From Pseudomonas phage KPP25: 64,000 bases of DNA. The stretch lies in the sequence record AB910393.1, one strand, 5' to 3'. Made by a program: the position numbers and the translations under genes. This document shows, piece after piece, positions 10,684 to 19,956 of the stretch. The notes under the pieces were generated by a model. It was not told the DNA's origin. It did not search any database and worked only from the letters and a program-made list of their open reading frames with translations. Each line of letters begins with the position of its first letter. The first letter of the stretch is position 1.

Positions 10684-11869
10684 TGTCGATTACCTCAAGC
10701 TGCCAGAAGTCTCCGGCTCCGAGTGAATTGGTGGTCGTTTGGCCTTTCAGGGTAGTGACGACCAACTGGTTACCGTTGTGCTCCAGCACGCCAGCAGCGC
10801 CATCAGTCGCAATGTCGGGAGCATAGTTTACCCGGTTTGGTAGTTCAATGTTCCCACTGGCGTCGCCTATGGCTTGACCGTACCGGGTAAACCAAGCCGC
10901 GCGGCCATCGGGCAGCTTGACAGCGGTCCCGCGCACTGCGCCGAAGTTCGTCTTGCGCACCGAACTCGGCTCGTCCGTTTCGACATCGGTCAGCCAGTAG
11001 GTTTCCTCGTCGGTGGCAACGAACACGCCGGTGTCGACGCTGGCGAGCATGGTGATGTCGCGCGGTAGCTGGATGAATCGAGTGATGGGGTTGGTCAAGT
11101 GCGGCCACATCGGCTCGGTCATCACGATGATATTGTTGTAGGCTCCAACGATGACAGCGTGGTGCGACACAAGGAGCGAGCACGGCGGCATAGGGGTCAT
11201 TTCGTCGGTAGTGAACCGTTGAGTGTTATCCACCGTGGACGTGATGATGAACGTGTTCAGACTGACCAGCCCCTGGGCGTACAACGTCGATCCGTTCACA
11301 GAGCTGCAATACACCGTGCAGGACCGCGGGTCGTTGCACGAAATCTGGATCGCTTTACCACCCGGTACAGACACGACAACGGCGTCAGCACCGGACTCTT
11401 CACCCTGCTCGCCGTAAGCTGTCACAGCCACCTTGTACGTTCCGGTCGGCAAGTGGCCGTCGACGAGACTGATGGTGTATACCGGCGACGGCACTCCCCA
11501 CTTCCGAACCGTGTTGCCGTCGAAACGAAGGCTTTCGGTGGGGGTAGACAGGTACAGCTGATTATTGTGTTCGCAGCCGGCCACTTCACCGTTGGGGTTA
11601 ACCGACCCGACGACATGCCCCTGGTTGGTCCTGGCGTCGAATACTTTGAGGTCGCCGCCATCGACGAACAGAATGGCCGTGCCGAGCGGGAACACGGCCC
11701 GGCCAGCAGCGCAGTCATTCACCTTGACGAAGCCGGTGCGCAGCTCGAATTTCCCGCCGTTGGTGGGGTCCATGTTCACCGCCTTGACGACGGAGTTCTC
11801 CGGCAACCGCTCCGGCTTGGCGATGTTGTTGGACCCGCTGGCCCAGTTGTCGCGCGTCTCGATGCTCAT
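10673..11869 (-). CDS. Virion protein, about 398 aa. It may also start at a TTG at 11899.
   Basis: The ATG at 11869 overlaps the endolysin stop as ATGA. A GAAGGT RBS precedes it. Confidence 0.55.
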   Translation of the reverse strand: MSIETRDNWASGSNNIAKPERLPENSVVKAVNMDPTNGGKFELRTGFVKVNDCAAGRAVFPLGTAILFVDGGDLKVFDARTNQGHVVGSVNPNGEVAGCEHNNQLYLSTPTESLRFDGNTVRKWGVPSPVYTISLVDGHLPTGTYKVAVTAYGEQGEESGADAVVVSVPGGKAIQISCNDPRSCTVYCSSVNGSTLYAQGLVSLNTFIITSTVDNTQRFTTDEMTPMPPCSLLVSHHAVIVGAYNNIIVMTEPMWPHLTNPITRFIQLPRDITMLASVDTGVFVATDEETYWLTDVETDEPSSVRKTNFGAVRGTAVKLPDGRAAWFTRYGQAIGDASGNIELPNRVNYAPDIATDGAAGVLEHNGNQLVVTTLKGQTTTNSLGAGDFWQLEVIDNDQ

Positions 11870-12489
11870 TGCGCCAGTACCTTCTTGGCCTTCTGCCAAC
11901 GGTTTTCCCTGTCCTCAGCTCCATTCATCCCGCCGTTGATCCGGCGGGTGATCTCGCTGAACCGACCCTGGTCCGCCAGGGTGTTGCAGCCCTTGTCTCG
12001 CCACGTAGCGGCTGCGGCTTCAAGGCCGCCGTCGTAGGTGGCCATCATGTCCGGGTCATCTACGAACGGGCGTCCGGTCATGACCTGTGCCCTGCGGTAG
12101 CCATCCTTGCCGGTGACCTGCAACGGGCCGCGGCCGCGATACCGCCATCCATCACCACTGAGCACGTCGCCATTGCCCATGCGGTTGGCGTACGTGTTGT
12201 TGGCGATGGCCTGCGGGTTGCGCGCGATTTGCGTAGCCAGGGCATTGGGACCGCCGCTGTGTGCTTTGTAGCGACTGGGCCACACAGCGGCTAAACGGGC
12301 AGCGCTGTAATTGAGATTTTCTTCGAAGCGGGTGAGGCCGGAGGATTCATGGCCGATTTGAGCAAGGTACGCCGCAGCACGCGCCGTTGACGTGATGTCG
12401 TAGCGGATCATGCTGCGTACCAGGGGTTCGAATACTTCGTCGGGAGCGTCGGGGAACAACGCCTCGAACTGCTGCTTACTGATGACCAT
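11866..12489 (-). CDS. Endolysin, glycoside hydrolase family 19 (chitinase-like). It has no signal peptide.
   Basis: It carries the GH19 signature residues (QIGHESSG ... GDGWRYRGRGPLQVTG). It has a strong GAAGGAGG RBS and sits next to the spanins and holins. Confidence 0.8.
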   Translation of the reverse strand: MVISKQQFEALFPDAPDEVFEPLVRSMIRYDITSTARAAAYLAQIGHESSGLTRFEENLNYSAARLAAVWPSRYKAHSGGPNALATQIARNPQAIANNTYANRMGNGDVLSGDGWRYRGRGPLQVTGKDGYRRAQVMTGRPFVDDPDMMATYDGGLEAAAATWRDKGCNTLADQGRFSEITRRINGGMNGAEDRENRWQKAKKVLAQ

Positions 12490-12751
12490 CTAAGACCTCC
12501 TTCAGCCATTTCTGGAGTTCCACAAGACGGTCGCGGGAATCCTTGGCGATTAGGTTGTTGCTGGTCGCCGTTTGGAGAGCTTCCTTGTCATCTGCCGCCA
12601 CCATCAGCTCGAACTCGGCCGGCACTACCATCAGGCGCTGGTCGGGTTTCGGGAACGGGGCGCACTGCTGCGTCGAATCCAAGGGAGGCGTTGTAGACGC
12701 GCACCCAATCAGGAGGGAGAACGCACTTACCAGCAGCGGGGTTTTGGACAT
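12476..12751 (-). CDS. o-spanin (Rz1-like outer-membrane lipoprotein), overlapped architecture.
   Basis: The ATG at 12751 lies inside the i-spanin gene in another frame. It has a lipobox (LLIGC) followed by a Pro-rich region with a second Cys. It extends past the i-spanin stop. Confidence 0.65.
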   Translation of the reverse strand: MSKTPLLVSAFSLLIGCASTTPPLDSTQQCAPFPKPDQRLMVVPAEFELMVAADDKEALQTATSNNLIAKDSRDRLVELQKWLKEVLDGHQ

Positions 12752-13025
12752 AGCGGACGACCTCTTTAACGACGGTTTGAGTCCGCACCTCGGTGTCTTT
12801 TTGTTGAACATCCACACGGTCGGTGCTGGCCGCCGTGATTTTAGCGTCTTCGCGCACTTTTTGCACAGCTGCTGCCCGCTGCTGGTCAGCAGCTTCGCGG
12901 GCCTGGGCCAGCATGGCGGCCTTCTCGACTTCGCAACGGTCCCCGCGGATCGTCCACCCGGCTGCGCCGCCGAGGCCGGCAGCAACCAGAAGGCTGAGCA
13001 GGATCAGGAATGGGGTTGGTTGCAT
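12588..13025 (-). CDS. i-spanin (Rz-like), about 146 aa.
   Basis: ATG at 13025 after a GGTGAGGG RBS. It has an N-terminal TM helix (FLILLSLLVAAGLGGAAGW) and a coiled-coil periplasmic domain. The o-spanin is embedded within it. Confidence 0.65.
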   Translation of the reverse strand: MQPTPFLILLSLLVAAGLGGAAGWTIRGDRCEVEKAAMLAQAREAADQQRAAAVQKVREDAKITAASTDRVDVQQKDTEVRTQTVVKEVVRYVQNPAAGKCVLPPDWVRVYNASLGFDAAVRPVPETRPAPDGSAGRVRADGGGR

Positions 13026-13315
13026 ACCCTCACCTTGTTGCCGATGAAGGTGTTCACCAGGGACCACATGAACATCGCTACCAGCATGTTGAAGCCGATC
13101 AGGATCGAAAGCCCGTACCCGGACTGCACCAGCCGGGCAGGCTGCTCGGACCAAATCACGACCATGGCCAGGATCGCCAGAAGGCTCATGGCACCGATAC
13201 CGGCCACGAGGGTCTTATCATCTTCTCGGCACTTTTCAGGGAGTCGGAAAAACTCGACTACACGGGCGAACGTGATGGCCCAAATGAGCGACGAAATGAT
13301 GGTGATGGGGAGCAT
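13004..13315 (-). CDS. Holin-like/antiholin membrane protein with three predicted TM helices.
   Basis: Hydrophobic helices, a GGAGG RBS, and a position between the holin and the spanins. Confidence 0.55.
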   Translation of the reverse strand: MLPITIISSLIWAITFARVVEFFRLPEKCREDDKTLVAGIGAMSLLAILAMVVIWSEQPARLVQSGYGLSILIGFNMLVAMFMWSLVNTFIGNKVRVCNQPHS

Positions 13316-13324
13316 CGGAGCCTC

Positions 13325-13624
13325 CTACGGGAAAACCCGTTTGAAGAATGCCAGCACCCGCTCTACGACGGTAGCTTCGAGCGCCGTCAGGATCGGGTAG
13401 GCAAAGAAACCGAGCAGCATCAGCAAGCTGTCTCGGTACTCGCTGGGAGGTACGAATCCGCCGAGCGCCTTCGCGGCGAACATGGCGATGAACACGTTCC
13501 CCAGGAACAAAGAGACAACGAACTTCTTGCCTCGGTTCAGGAACACATGGCTAGCCGCGCCGCCGAACCCACCAAGAGCCATGGCATATAGCCAATCGCT
13601 GATGTCCGACCAGAACCTTTCCAT
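13325..13624 (-). CDS. Putative holin, 99 aa, three TM helices.
   Basis: Small membrane protein with an AGGGGTAGAC RBS. It is the first gene of the lysis cassette. Confidence 0.55.
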   Translation of the reverse strand: MERFWSDISDWLYAMALGGFGGAASHVFLNRGKKFVVSLFLGNVFIAMFAAKALGGFVPPSEYRDSLLMLLGFFAYPILTALEATVVERVLAFFKRVFP

Positions 13625-13632
13625 GTCTACCC

Positions 13633-14292
13633 CTAATACTCGTTGTAGCGAATCGGCTGGAACGAGCGGTGGCTTATGGCCTGCGACTCTTTGATGTCGC
13701 CGAGTTCCATGCCGAACAGCCGAAGTTGCTCATTCGATTCCGACTTGTCGAACACCTCAGCGTCCTGTACGAGCAGGCCGAGGTACTTCATGTAGAACAG
13801 CACGGCGCGGTCGTACCGAGAATTGATCTCCAGCTTGTCGTTGATCGTCAGGCCGCATACCGGGCGACGGTACGCAGCGATAGTGAGCTGGAGCGCGGTG
13901 TTGGGCTTGGGGCGGTAGAGCGCCAGTTCGACATCGCCTTGCTGGTCGAACTGCACCGTCAACGTACGGTTGCTGCCGTGGCAGTTCCAAGCATCTTGCA
14001 CGCCGAATGCCGGGAGCTGGTCTTCGACGCAGTTGATCTCGACCTCACCGCGCTGGGATTCGATCCAGGCGCGGCGAGGGCGGATGATCGCCTCGTCCAT
14101 AATGACGATGCCGGTCCCAGGTTCCACCTCAAGGGTGAACTGGCCGACCAGACAGAGGGTTTTCTCGGCGATCTTCAGCTGAGCTTCCCGGATGTAGCTG
14201 ACCAGCAGATCGTTCGACCAGAAGTAAGGCTGGACCTTATCCCGCATTTCTTCCCGGAACGTCGTGACAAGATCAGCTACACGGGTGCCCAT
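13633..14292 (-). CDS. Virion protein, 219 aa (head-tail connector region).
   Basis: ORF with a GGAGTAAGG RBS. Confidence 0.5.
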   Translation of the reverse strand: MGTRVADLVTTFREEMRDKVQPYFWSNDLLVSYIREAQLKIAEKTLCLVGQFTLEVEPGTGIVIMDEAIIRPRRAWIESQRGEVEINCVEDQLPAFGVQDAWNCHGSNRTLTVQFDQQGDVELALYRPKPNTALQLTIAAYRRPVCGLTINDKLEINSRYDRAVLFYMKYLGLLVQDAEVFDKSESNEQLRLFGMELGDIKESQAISHRSFQPIRYNEY

Positions 14293-14296
14293 GGCC

Positions 14297-14746
14297 TTAC
14301 TCCGGCTTGTCGGTCTGGTACAGCTTCCAGGCGGAGTCGCGTTCAGCGGCTTTCACTTCAAAGCCGGTGATGGAAGCGATTGCTTCGGTCTTCGGCTTAC
14401 CGCCGGAGGCGAAGTCAGCAGAGTCGCCGCGATCCACCAGAGTCTTGATGGCGGCCAGGATCTGATCGACGCGTTCAGCCGCGTTGTTGTCGATCTGCTG
14501 GTCGACGGTGGTAGCGGTGCCCGGCTCGCCGGTGAGCTTCAGGGAAGCGCGCAACTTCTCGTCGGTGATGCTGTTCACATCGACACAACCAGCTTCGCGT
14601 ACAGCCTTCAGCACGAGGTTGTGGTTCGGGATGGAACGCGGTACGCCGGCCTCGAACCGAAACGCGTGCCCAGTGATGGTGGCCACGACCTGATCGGTCA
14701 GGGAGACGTATTGGACGGTGTTCTGGACGGGGGTTTTGCCAGCCAT
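14297..14746 (-). CDS. Virion protein, 149 aa.
   Basis: ORF with a GGAGCAC RBS. Confidence 0.5.
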   Translation of the reverse strand: MAGKTPVQNTVQYVSLTDQVVATITGHAFRFEAGVPRSIPNHNLVLKAVREAGCVDVNSITDEKLRASLKLTGEPGTATTVDQQIDNNAAERVDQILAAIKTLVDRGDSADFASGGKPKTEAIASITGFEVKAAERDSAWKLYQTDKPE

Positions 14747-14777
14747 AGTGATGTGCTCCTACGCTGTTCGTTGGGGG

Positions 14778-14806
14778 ATGAAAACAGGGGAGTCTTTCGA
14801 CTCCCC
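14778..14806 (-). terminator. Intrinsic terminator on the minus strand, downstream of the 143-aa capsid-associated gene.
   Basis: GGGGAGTC-gaaa-GACTCCCC hairpin followed by TGTTTTC on the minus strand. Confidence 0.55.
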
Positions 14807-14823
14807 AAGCCCCGTGAAGTGTA

Positions 14824-15255
14824 TCAGTTGTACGCCGGGGAGCCGTAAGTCTCGTTGCCGCGACCTTCGACGATGTAGGCCAGCAGGAACTTGAACTTAC
14901 CGGCGGTGCCACCAGTGGAAGCGGTAGCAGTGAAGGTGATCACTGCGCCGTTCGGGTAGGTCAGCTTGGCCGGAGCCAGGACTTTCGCGCCGGTGGTTTT
15001 CAGATCCAGATCGGCGGCGATGCCGTCCGGGTCGGCTGCCAGCCCCGGCTCGATGACGCCGATGTCCAGGGTTGCAGCACCGGCAGCGTTCGATGCGGTG
15101 GTGACCAGCAGCTTGCTGATCTCCGGGACGAGGATCGCGCCGTTTTGCAGTTCGAGGGTCAGGGTAGCGGCCTGACCGTCGACCAGATCGCTGAAATCGA
15201 GGGTCTGCTCGATGAACAGCGGGTACTGGCGTGCGGTGTTTTCCAGAGTTGCCAT
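14824..15255 (-). CDS. Abundant small capsid-associated protein (decoration-like), 143 aa.
   Basis: It lies immediately downstream of the MCP with a strong GGAGGATAGG RBS and its own terminator. Confidence 0.5.
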
Positions 15256-15291
15256 TTTCCTATCCTCCAGAGGACTGGGGAACGTGGCCGC

Positions 15292-16422
15292 TTAGGCGGC
15301 CACGTACACGTTGATGACACCGAAGTCCTCGGTGTTACCGTCCTCGTAGATCGACGGGAACTGAGGCTTCAGGAAGCCGAGGATCTTCGCCACGGAGATA
15401 CCGTGCTTGTTGTCGTAGTCGAATTCCTTCTCGACCCAGCGCGGGTTGCCGATATCGGCGAAGCCCAGCGCCTGCGCGCCGCAGAAGAGCATCGAGCAGC
15501 CGTCAACGTTGCCGGAGGCACCCCACTTGGCACCCGGAGCCATGCCGCGGGTGTTATACACGTGGCGGAACTCGTGAATCACCAGACCATCCACGGTCAC
15601 GATGCCGCCCTTGAACAGCGGGTTCACGTTGCCGCGGGTGTAACCGCTACGCAGGTTGGCGATGTAGTCCGGGTCCAGCTTCAGCTTGGCCATGGCCAGC
15701 GGGTCGAGGAACACGTGGTACATTTCCTCGCCGCCGTCGCCGCGCAGACCACGGATGTACTTGGTCTTCGCGTACGCCTTGAGGTTGACCAGCAGAGCGT
15801 AGCTCGGGGTATCGGCGGCGGTAACGTCGGAGGTGGCGGCGTTCGGAACCAGCACCTTGTTGGTGCCATCCCAGCGCAGACGACGGTTGGCCGAAGGCGG
15901 AGTAACGTCGGCGGCGAAGGTGAGGTTCGGGAACGGCGAGCTACCACGCAGCGCACCGTTGGTGCGATAGGCATAGCTCACGCCGGCCAGCGACAGGAAC
16001 GCTAGTTGGTCCATACGGTCGGCCAGCCAGTACGCCAGCATGTCGCGGCTGGTGGTACGGAAGTTGACGATGGAACGCTGGTCGGCCATGCGGCCTTCGT
16101 GGACGTTGGCGGCGCGCATCTGGTCCAGCTGGATGACGGTATCGAAGGCGGTCAGCGCCTCTTCGTTACCTTCCAGTTGGTTGTCGCCGACCACACCGTC
16201 GCCAACCATGTCAGCGATCAGGGTGATTACGGCGCGTGCGCCTTTCTCGTCACGACGCAGTTCGGTGATCTGCTGGATCATCGAGTTGGCATCGGTGCCG
16301 AGGAACATGTTGATGAACGCGGCGTTACGCGCTTGCCGCCAGAACTGAAGGGACCATACGGTCTTCTGTTCGTTGGTCAGGCGCGCAAAGTTGGTGTAGT
16401 TACCTTGGACGGGCAACGGCAT
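15292..16422 (-). CDS. Major capsid protein, 376 aa.
   Basis: By its position between the scaffold and decoration genes, its size, its GAAGAGGA RBS and its long 5' leader. Confidence 0.65.
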   Translation of the reverse strand: MPLPVQGNYTNFARLTNEQKTVWSLQFWRQARNAAFINMFLGTDANSMIQQITELRRDEKGARAVITLIADMVGDGVVGDNQLEGNEEALTAFDTVIQLDQMRAANVHEGRMADQRSIVNFRTTSRDMLAYWLADRMDQLAFLSLAGVSYAYRTNGALRGSSPFPNLTFAADVTPPSANRRLRWDGTNKVLVPNAATSDVTAADTPSYALLVNLKAYAKTKYIRGLRGDGGEEMYHVFLDPLAMAKLKLDPDYIANLRSGYTRGNVNPLFKGGIVTVDGLVIHEFRHVYNTRGMAPGAKWGASGNVDGCSMLFCGAQALGFADIGNPRWVEKEFDYDNKHGISVAKILGFLKPQFPSIYEDGNTEDFGVINVYVAA

Positions 16423-16555
16423 GGCTGCATCCTCTTCTGCGGCATAGTGGAAAGTGGTTCAGTTCTGAGGTGTAAGCTGCGCGCTTACCGGCGGACTTGC
16501 GGGGAGGTGTTGCGTGGTCGCTGCGCGGACCTGGCGAATGCGCAAACTATAGGCA

Positions 16556-16602
16556 CAAAAAAGCCCGGTTGCAACAACCGGGCTTTGTGTTCCACGTGGA
16601 AC
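16556..16602 (-). terminator. Attenuator-type terminator between scaffold and capsid, plus a 14-bp perfect palindrome GTTCCACGTGGAAC.
   Basis: AGCCCGGTTG-caa-CAACCGGGCT hairpin followed by a T-run on the minus strand. The palindrome at 16589-16602 abuts the scaffold stop. Confidence 0.55.
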
Positions 16603-16603
16603 A

Positions 16604-17779
16604 TCACTCCGCGTAATCGAAGTCGCCGCGTGCTTTTGCCTGCTCAGCTTCGGACATCGACTCGATATCTTTCAGCGTTTGCGGAGTACGCACGAGCGCG
16701 GAAGCCGCGGCAGGCGGTGCAACAGCCGGCGACTTCGGCTGGTTCGACACGGCGGCGGTTGCGCGGGATACGGCTTCTTTCCGACGTTCCTGGCGCGCGC
16801 GATCCTGCGGCGTTTGCTGACCCAGCGGTTTCACCGCAGCGGCTTGTTCCACGCCCAGGACGTACTCGACGGCACGGGTCATGGCGATGACCTTGCCGTA
16901 CTTCGGCGACAGGGACTGGAACAGCTCGTTGATCTCGTCGACGGTGCCCTGGTCGAACGCATCAGCGTTGTTGTCGTCCAGCACGGCGTGCGTAGACCGC
17001 AGATTGGTCAGCAGCTCTTCGAACTTCAGGTTCTCCAGCTGTTCGCGGGCGCGCTCGTCAGCGATGCTCTCGGCGCGTTTGGTAGCCATGGCTTCCTGAA
17101 TCGCGCGCATGTCCTTGCGGATCTGCGGCAGCAGATCGAAGTCGTTGGCCTTCATCGCTTCGATCTCGCGCGACTCCAGCTTGTCGTAGCTGGCCTGGAG
17201 ATCGACCAGTTCAGAGGTCAGCGCACGGGAACGGTTCTGCTGCTCCAGCAGGTGCTCGGCAGCCCGGCGGCGCTCAGCCTCCTTCTGCATGCGGGAGCGC
17301 GGAACCATGTTCGGGATCGGTCGGCCCTTGTCGTCGAGCTTCTGTTCCGGCTCCGGCTCCGGTTCCGGTTCCTGCTCCGTCCCGGACTTGTCCTCGGTCT
17401 TGCCCTCGGGCTTGTCTTCGGACTTGTCTTTGCCTTTCGGCTCGTCTTTGGCTTCCGGTTCGTCTTTGGCTTTAGCCTCGGCCGAGTTCGGGTCCGCGGG
17501 ATTGTCGCCGCGATCCTCCGGGAACTCTTCTTCTACGGTCTTCCGTGCGAAGCGCCCTTGCTCGTCGCGCACCGGAGCGTCTGCTTTCGGCGCAGGGCTG
17601 TCGTCGAACAGGGCGGCGTCGCCGCGGTCCCCACCCTCGTTGTGCGCGCCCGGAGTGGCGTCGCCGGCAGGGATGGAATCGATGTCGATGTCAGCCTCGG
17701 CACCGAAGGCGGCGGCGCCCTCGTCGATCGGGGCGGACAGTACGTGTCGAAGGAAATTACGCATCAGTGGATTCTCCAT
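16604..17779 (-). CDS. Scaffolding protein, 391 aa, acidic with coiled coil and (EP)n/EPE low complexity. It may start at the second ATG.
   Basis: By composition and its position between portal and MCP. Confidence 0.6.
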   Translation of the reverse strand: MENPLMRNFLRHVLSAPIDEGAAAFGAEADIDIDSIPAGDATPGAHNEGGDRGDAALFDDSPAPKADAPVRDEQGRFARKTVEEEFPEDRGDNPADPNSAEAKAKDEPEAKDEPKGKDKSEDKPEGKTEDKSGTEQEPEPEPEPEQKLDDKGRPIPNMVPRSRMQKEAERRRAAEHLLEQQNRSRALTSELVDLQASYDKLESREIEAMKANDFDLLPQIRKDMRAIQEAMATKRAESIADERAREQLENLKFEELLTNLRSTHAVLDDNNADAFDQGTVDEINELFQSLSPKYGKVIAMTRAVEYVLGVEQAAAVKPLGQQTPQDRARQERRKEAVSRATAAVSNQPKSPAVAPPAAASALVRTPQTLKDIESMSEAEQAKARGDFDYAE

Positions 17780-19943
17780 TCTTCGCGGGGGTAGGTTTCG
17801 GCTCTTGGGCGGCCTTCTCTGCTTCGATCCTCATTTTAAGCCGTTCCGTAACCGCGTCCAGTCGCAGTTTCTCCCGGTCGAGTGCCAGCTCGGCAGTTTT
17901 GATCTTGAGATCGTTGTCTACCTTGGTCTGTTCGAGCGCCAACCGCGCGGCTTCGATGTCCACACGCTGCTGCTCGATGTTGGCACGCTGCTGCTCGGTA
18001 TCGGTGCCGGCCTTGAGCGCATCCGTCTCGGCCTGGACGTTCTTGACGTTGGCCTGGGCGGACTTGTTCGCGGCGTCGGACTGCGCGCGCTGCGCCTCGG
18101 CGGTGACTTTTGCCAGATTCGCCTGGGCAGTAGCCAGTTGCAGCTGGCGCAGCTGCTGCGCCTCCAGCGAATTCGCCTCGCTCTGCATCTGCTCGATGAT
18201 GTCGGCTTTGTCCAACAGGCGGCTGTTCTGGATAAGCACGGTGTCGGGGATATTGATCCCTTCCTTGCGCATCGCCAGCGCCTGATCGAACTGGCTGTCC
18301 TCCAGGGTTTCCCGCGCAGGCACGGACTGTACGGTGACGAGGTATTCACCCAGGGTCAGGTCGTTGGCGATCTCACCTTCCGGGGTCACCTCGTTGATGG
18401 TGAACGACTCGTCTTTGTTCACGCCGCCGCCGTTGATGTACAGCAGTCGCTCTTCGTAGTAGTAGGTCTGCACGATGCTCAAGATCGCACGGGCCAGGAA
18501 CACGTCACTACGGTCGAGGTTGTCGAGGATACGAGCCATGCCGGCGCGCCCAGCCATGCGGTTGGTTTCCAGGGCGCGGGCCGACACGTCCTCGCGTGCC
18601 TCACCACGCATGTAGTCGGTCACGCCGGAGATCGCCTTGATCCATGCCTGGGCCTTCTGGTTCATGCCTTCCAAGCCAGCCGGGAGCTGGTTCGGCTGGA
18701 TCTTGTCGATGTCGTTCACGTCCTCGACTTCGAGCACCAGACCTGTCTCGGCACCGCGTGCCTGGAGGTCGTCGACGGTCATGTTCTTGAGCGACCCGTG
18801 CTTCACCTTCCAGCCGCTATTGGCCGTGGTGTTGAGGATGTGCAGCTCCTGGCTGGCGGTTTTGTTCAGCAACTCTTGCACGCCGAACAGCTGCTCCACG
18901 ATGCCAGTGGTGTGCCCGAAGCGGAAATGCGGGAAGTACGGAACAACCGTCAGGTACTCGTAGGGACTCCACCCGTCGTGTAGCAAGGTAGAGCCAGCCA
19001 CCACGGTCCAACGGATTCGCTTGGCGATCTGCGAAATCTGCACGATGGACGGGTTCCGCATCAGGTACTCAGCGGTCTTCAACTCGTCCCAGCTGTCCGG
19101 CACAGGGCGCAGCTCCCCGGTGCGCGTATCGACGAACAGCTCCCGGCGGGTCAGTACGCGGTACTGCCGGTCAACCACGCGGATGTAAGCATCCTGGCGC
19201 TGGGTGCCCTCTTCGGTCTTGTTGATGTACTCCGGCAACGCGATCCGGTCCCGGTACTGGTCCGGGATGTCATTGGTCTGCGCAGAACGGTACTGGTTGG
19301 CCAGCGCGCGCAGCTCCTGGGTCTTCTTTTTCCCGTACAGAGCTTCGAGGCTGTTCGGGGACATCCAGCGGGAGACGATCACGTCTTCCCAGGTCGCGGG
19401 GTCGTAGTCAGTCGCGTCGGGGTCAATCAACACCTCTTTCGGGTTCAGGGTCGTGACGGCCACCTCCCCGTAGAGGTTCTCCGTGAAGTCCAGGCGCACG
19501 TCGTAGAACCCGCGTCCGGTGATGTTCCCGTCCTCGAACACGTCCGTACGCTTCCACGTCAGGTGGTTCCCCTGGCTGATGTGCTTGAACGTCTTGTTCA
19601 GGGCGGTGGCGGTTCGGTCGTCGACGTTCCCATACCGCGGGCTGAAGCGGATCTCGTTCCGCCCGCCGATCTGCTCCCCGACCATCACGTCCATGGTCTG
19701 GAGCACCAAGTTGATCGTCAGGGCCGGGCGGCGCTGTGCCCGCAGGCGGGTGATATCGTCCTCTTTCCACTGGTCACCCCACCAGAAGTTTTGGCACTTC
19801 TCGGCGGTGAGAATGAACTTGTCGTGGCCGCTGTCGCGCATGTAGTCGTATCGGCACCACGTCGCGTTGACCAGTAAGGACTCGTCGTTCTTCGACAACG
19901 TGCCCGGTAGCGGCAGGTCAAAGGTGTATGCGGAGTTGATCAT
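17757..19943 (-). CDS. Portal protein, 728 aa.
   Basis: By size and its position directly after the large terminase. Confidence 0.65.
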   Translation of the reverse strand: MINSAYTFDLPLPGTLSKNDESLLVNATWCRYDYMRDSGHDKFILTAEKCQNFWWGDQWKEDDITRLRAQRRPALTINLVLQTMDVMVGEQIGGRNEIRFSPRYGNVDDRTATALNKTFKHISQGNHLTWKRTDVFEDGNITGRGFYDVRLDFTENLYGEVAVTTLNPKEVLIDPDATDYDPATWEDVIVSRWMSPNSLEALYGKKKTQELRALANQYRSAQTNDIPDQYRDRIALPEYINKTEEGTQRQDAYIRVVDRQYRVLTRRELFVDTRTGELRPVPDSWDELKTAEYLMRNPSIVQISQIAKRIRWTVVAGSTLLHDGWSPYEYLTVVPYFPHFRFGHTTGIVEQLFGVQELLNKTASQELHILNTTANSGWKVKHGSLKNMTVDDLQARGAETGLVLEVEDVNDIDKIQPNQLPAGLEGMNQKAQAWIKAISGVTDYMRGEAREDVSARALETNRMAGRAGMARILDNLDRSDVFLARAILSIVQTYYYEERLLYINGGGVNKDESFTINEVTPEGEIANDLTLGEYLVTVQSVPARETLEDSQFDQALAMRKEGINIPDTVLIQNSRLLDKADIIEQMQSEANSLEAQQLRQLQLATAQANLAKVTAEAQRAQSDAANKSAQANVKNVQAETDALKAGTDTEQQRANIEQQRVDIEAARLALEQTKVDNDLKIKTAELALDREKLRLDAVTERLKMRIEAEKAAQEPKPTPAKNGESTDA

Positions 19944-19956
19944 CGGGCGTTCCCCA

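Noticed and set aside
16430-16600. tRNA gene in the long leader upstream of the capsid gene
   Set aside because: No cloverleaf-compatible arms and no GTTCRANYC T-loop. The region contains only a terminator hairpin and a palindrome.
17300-17470. SGSGSG tandem-repeat protein on the plus strand
   Set aside because: It is an antisense artefact of the (EP)n/EPE low-complexity segment of the scaffold gene.
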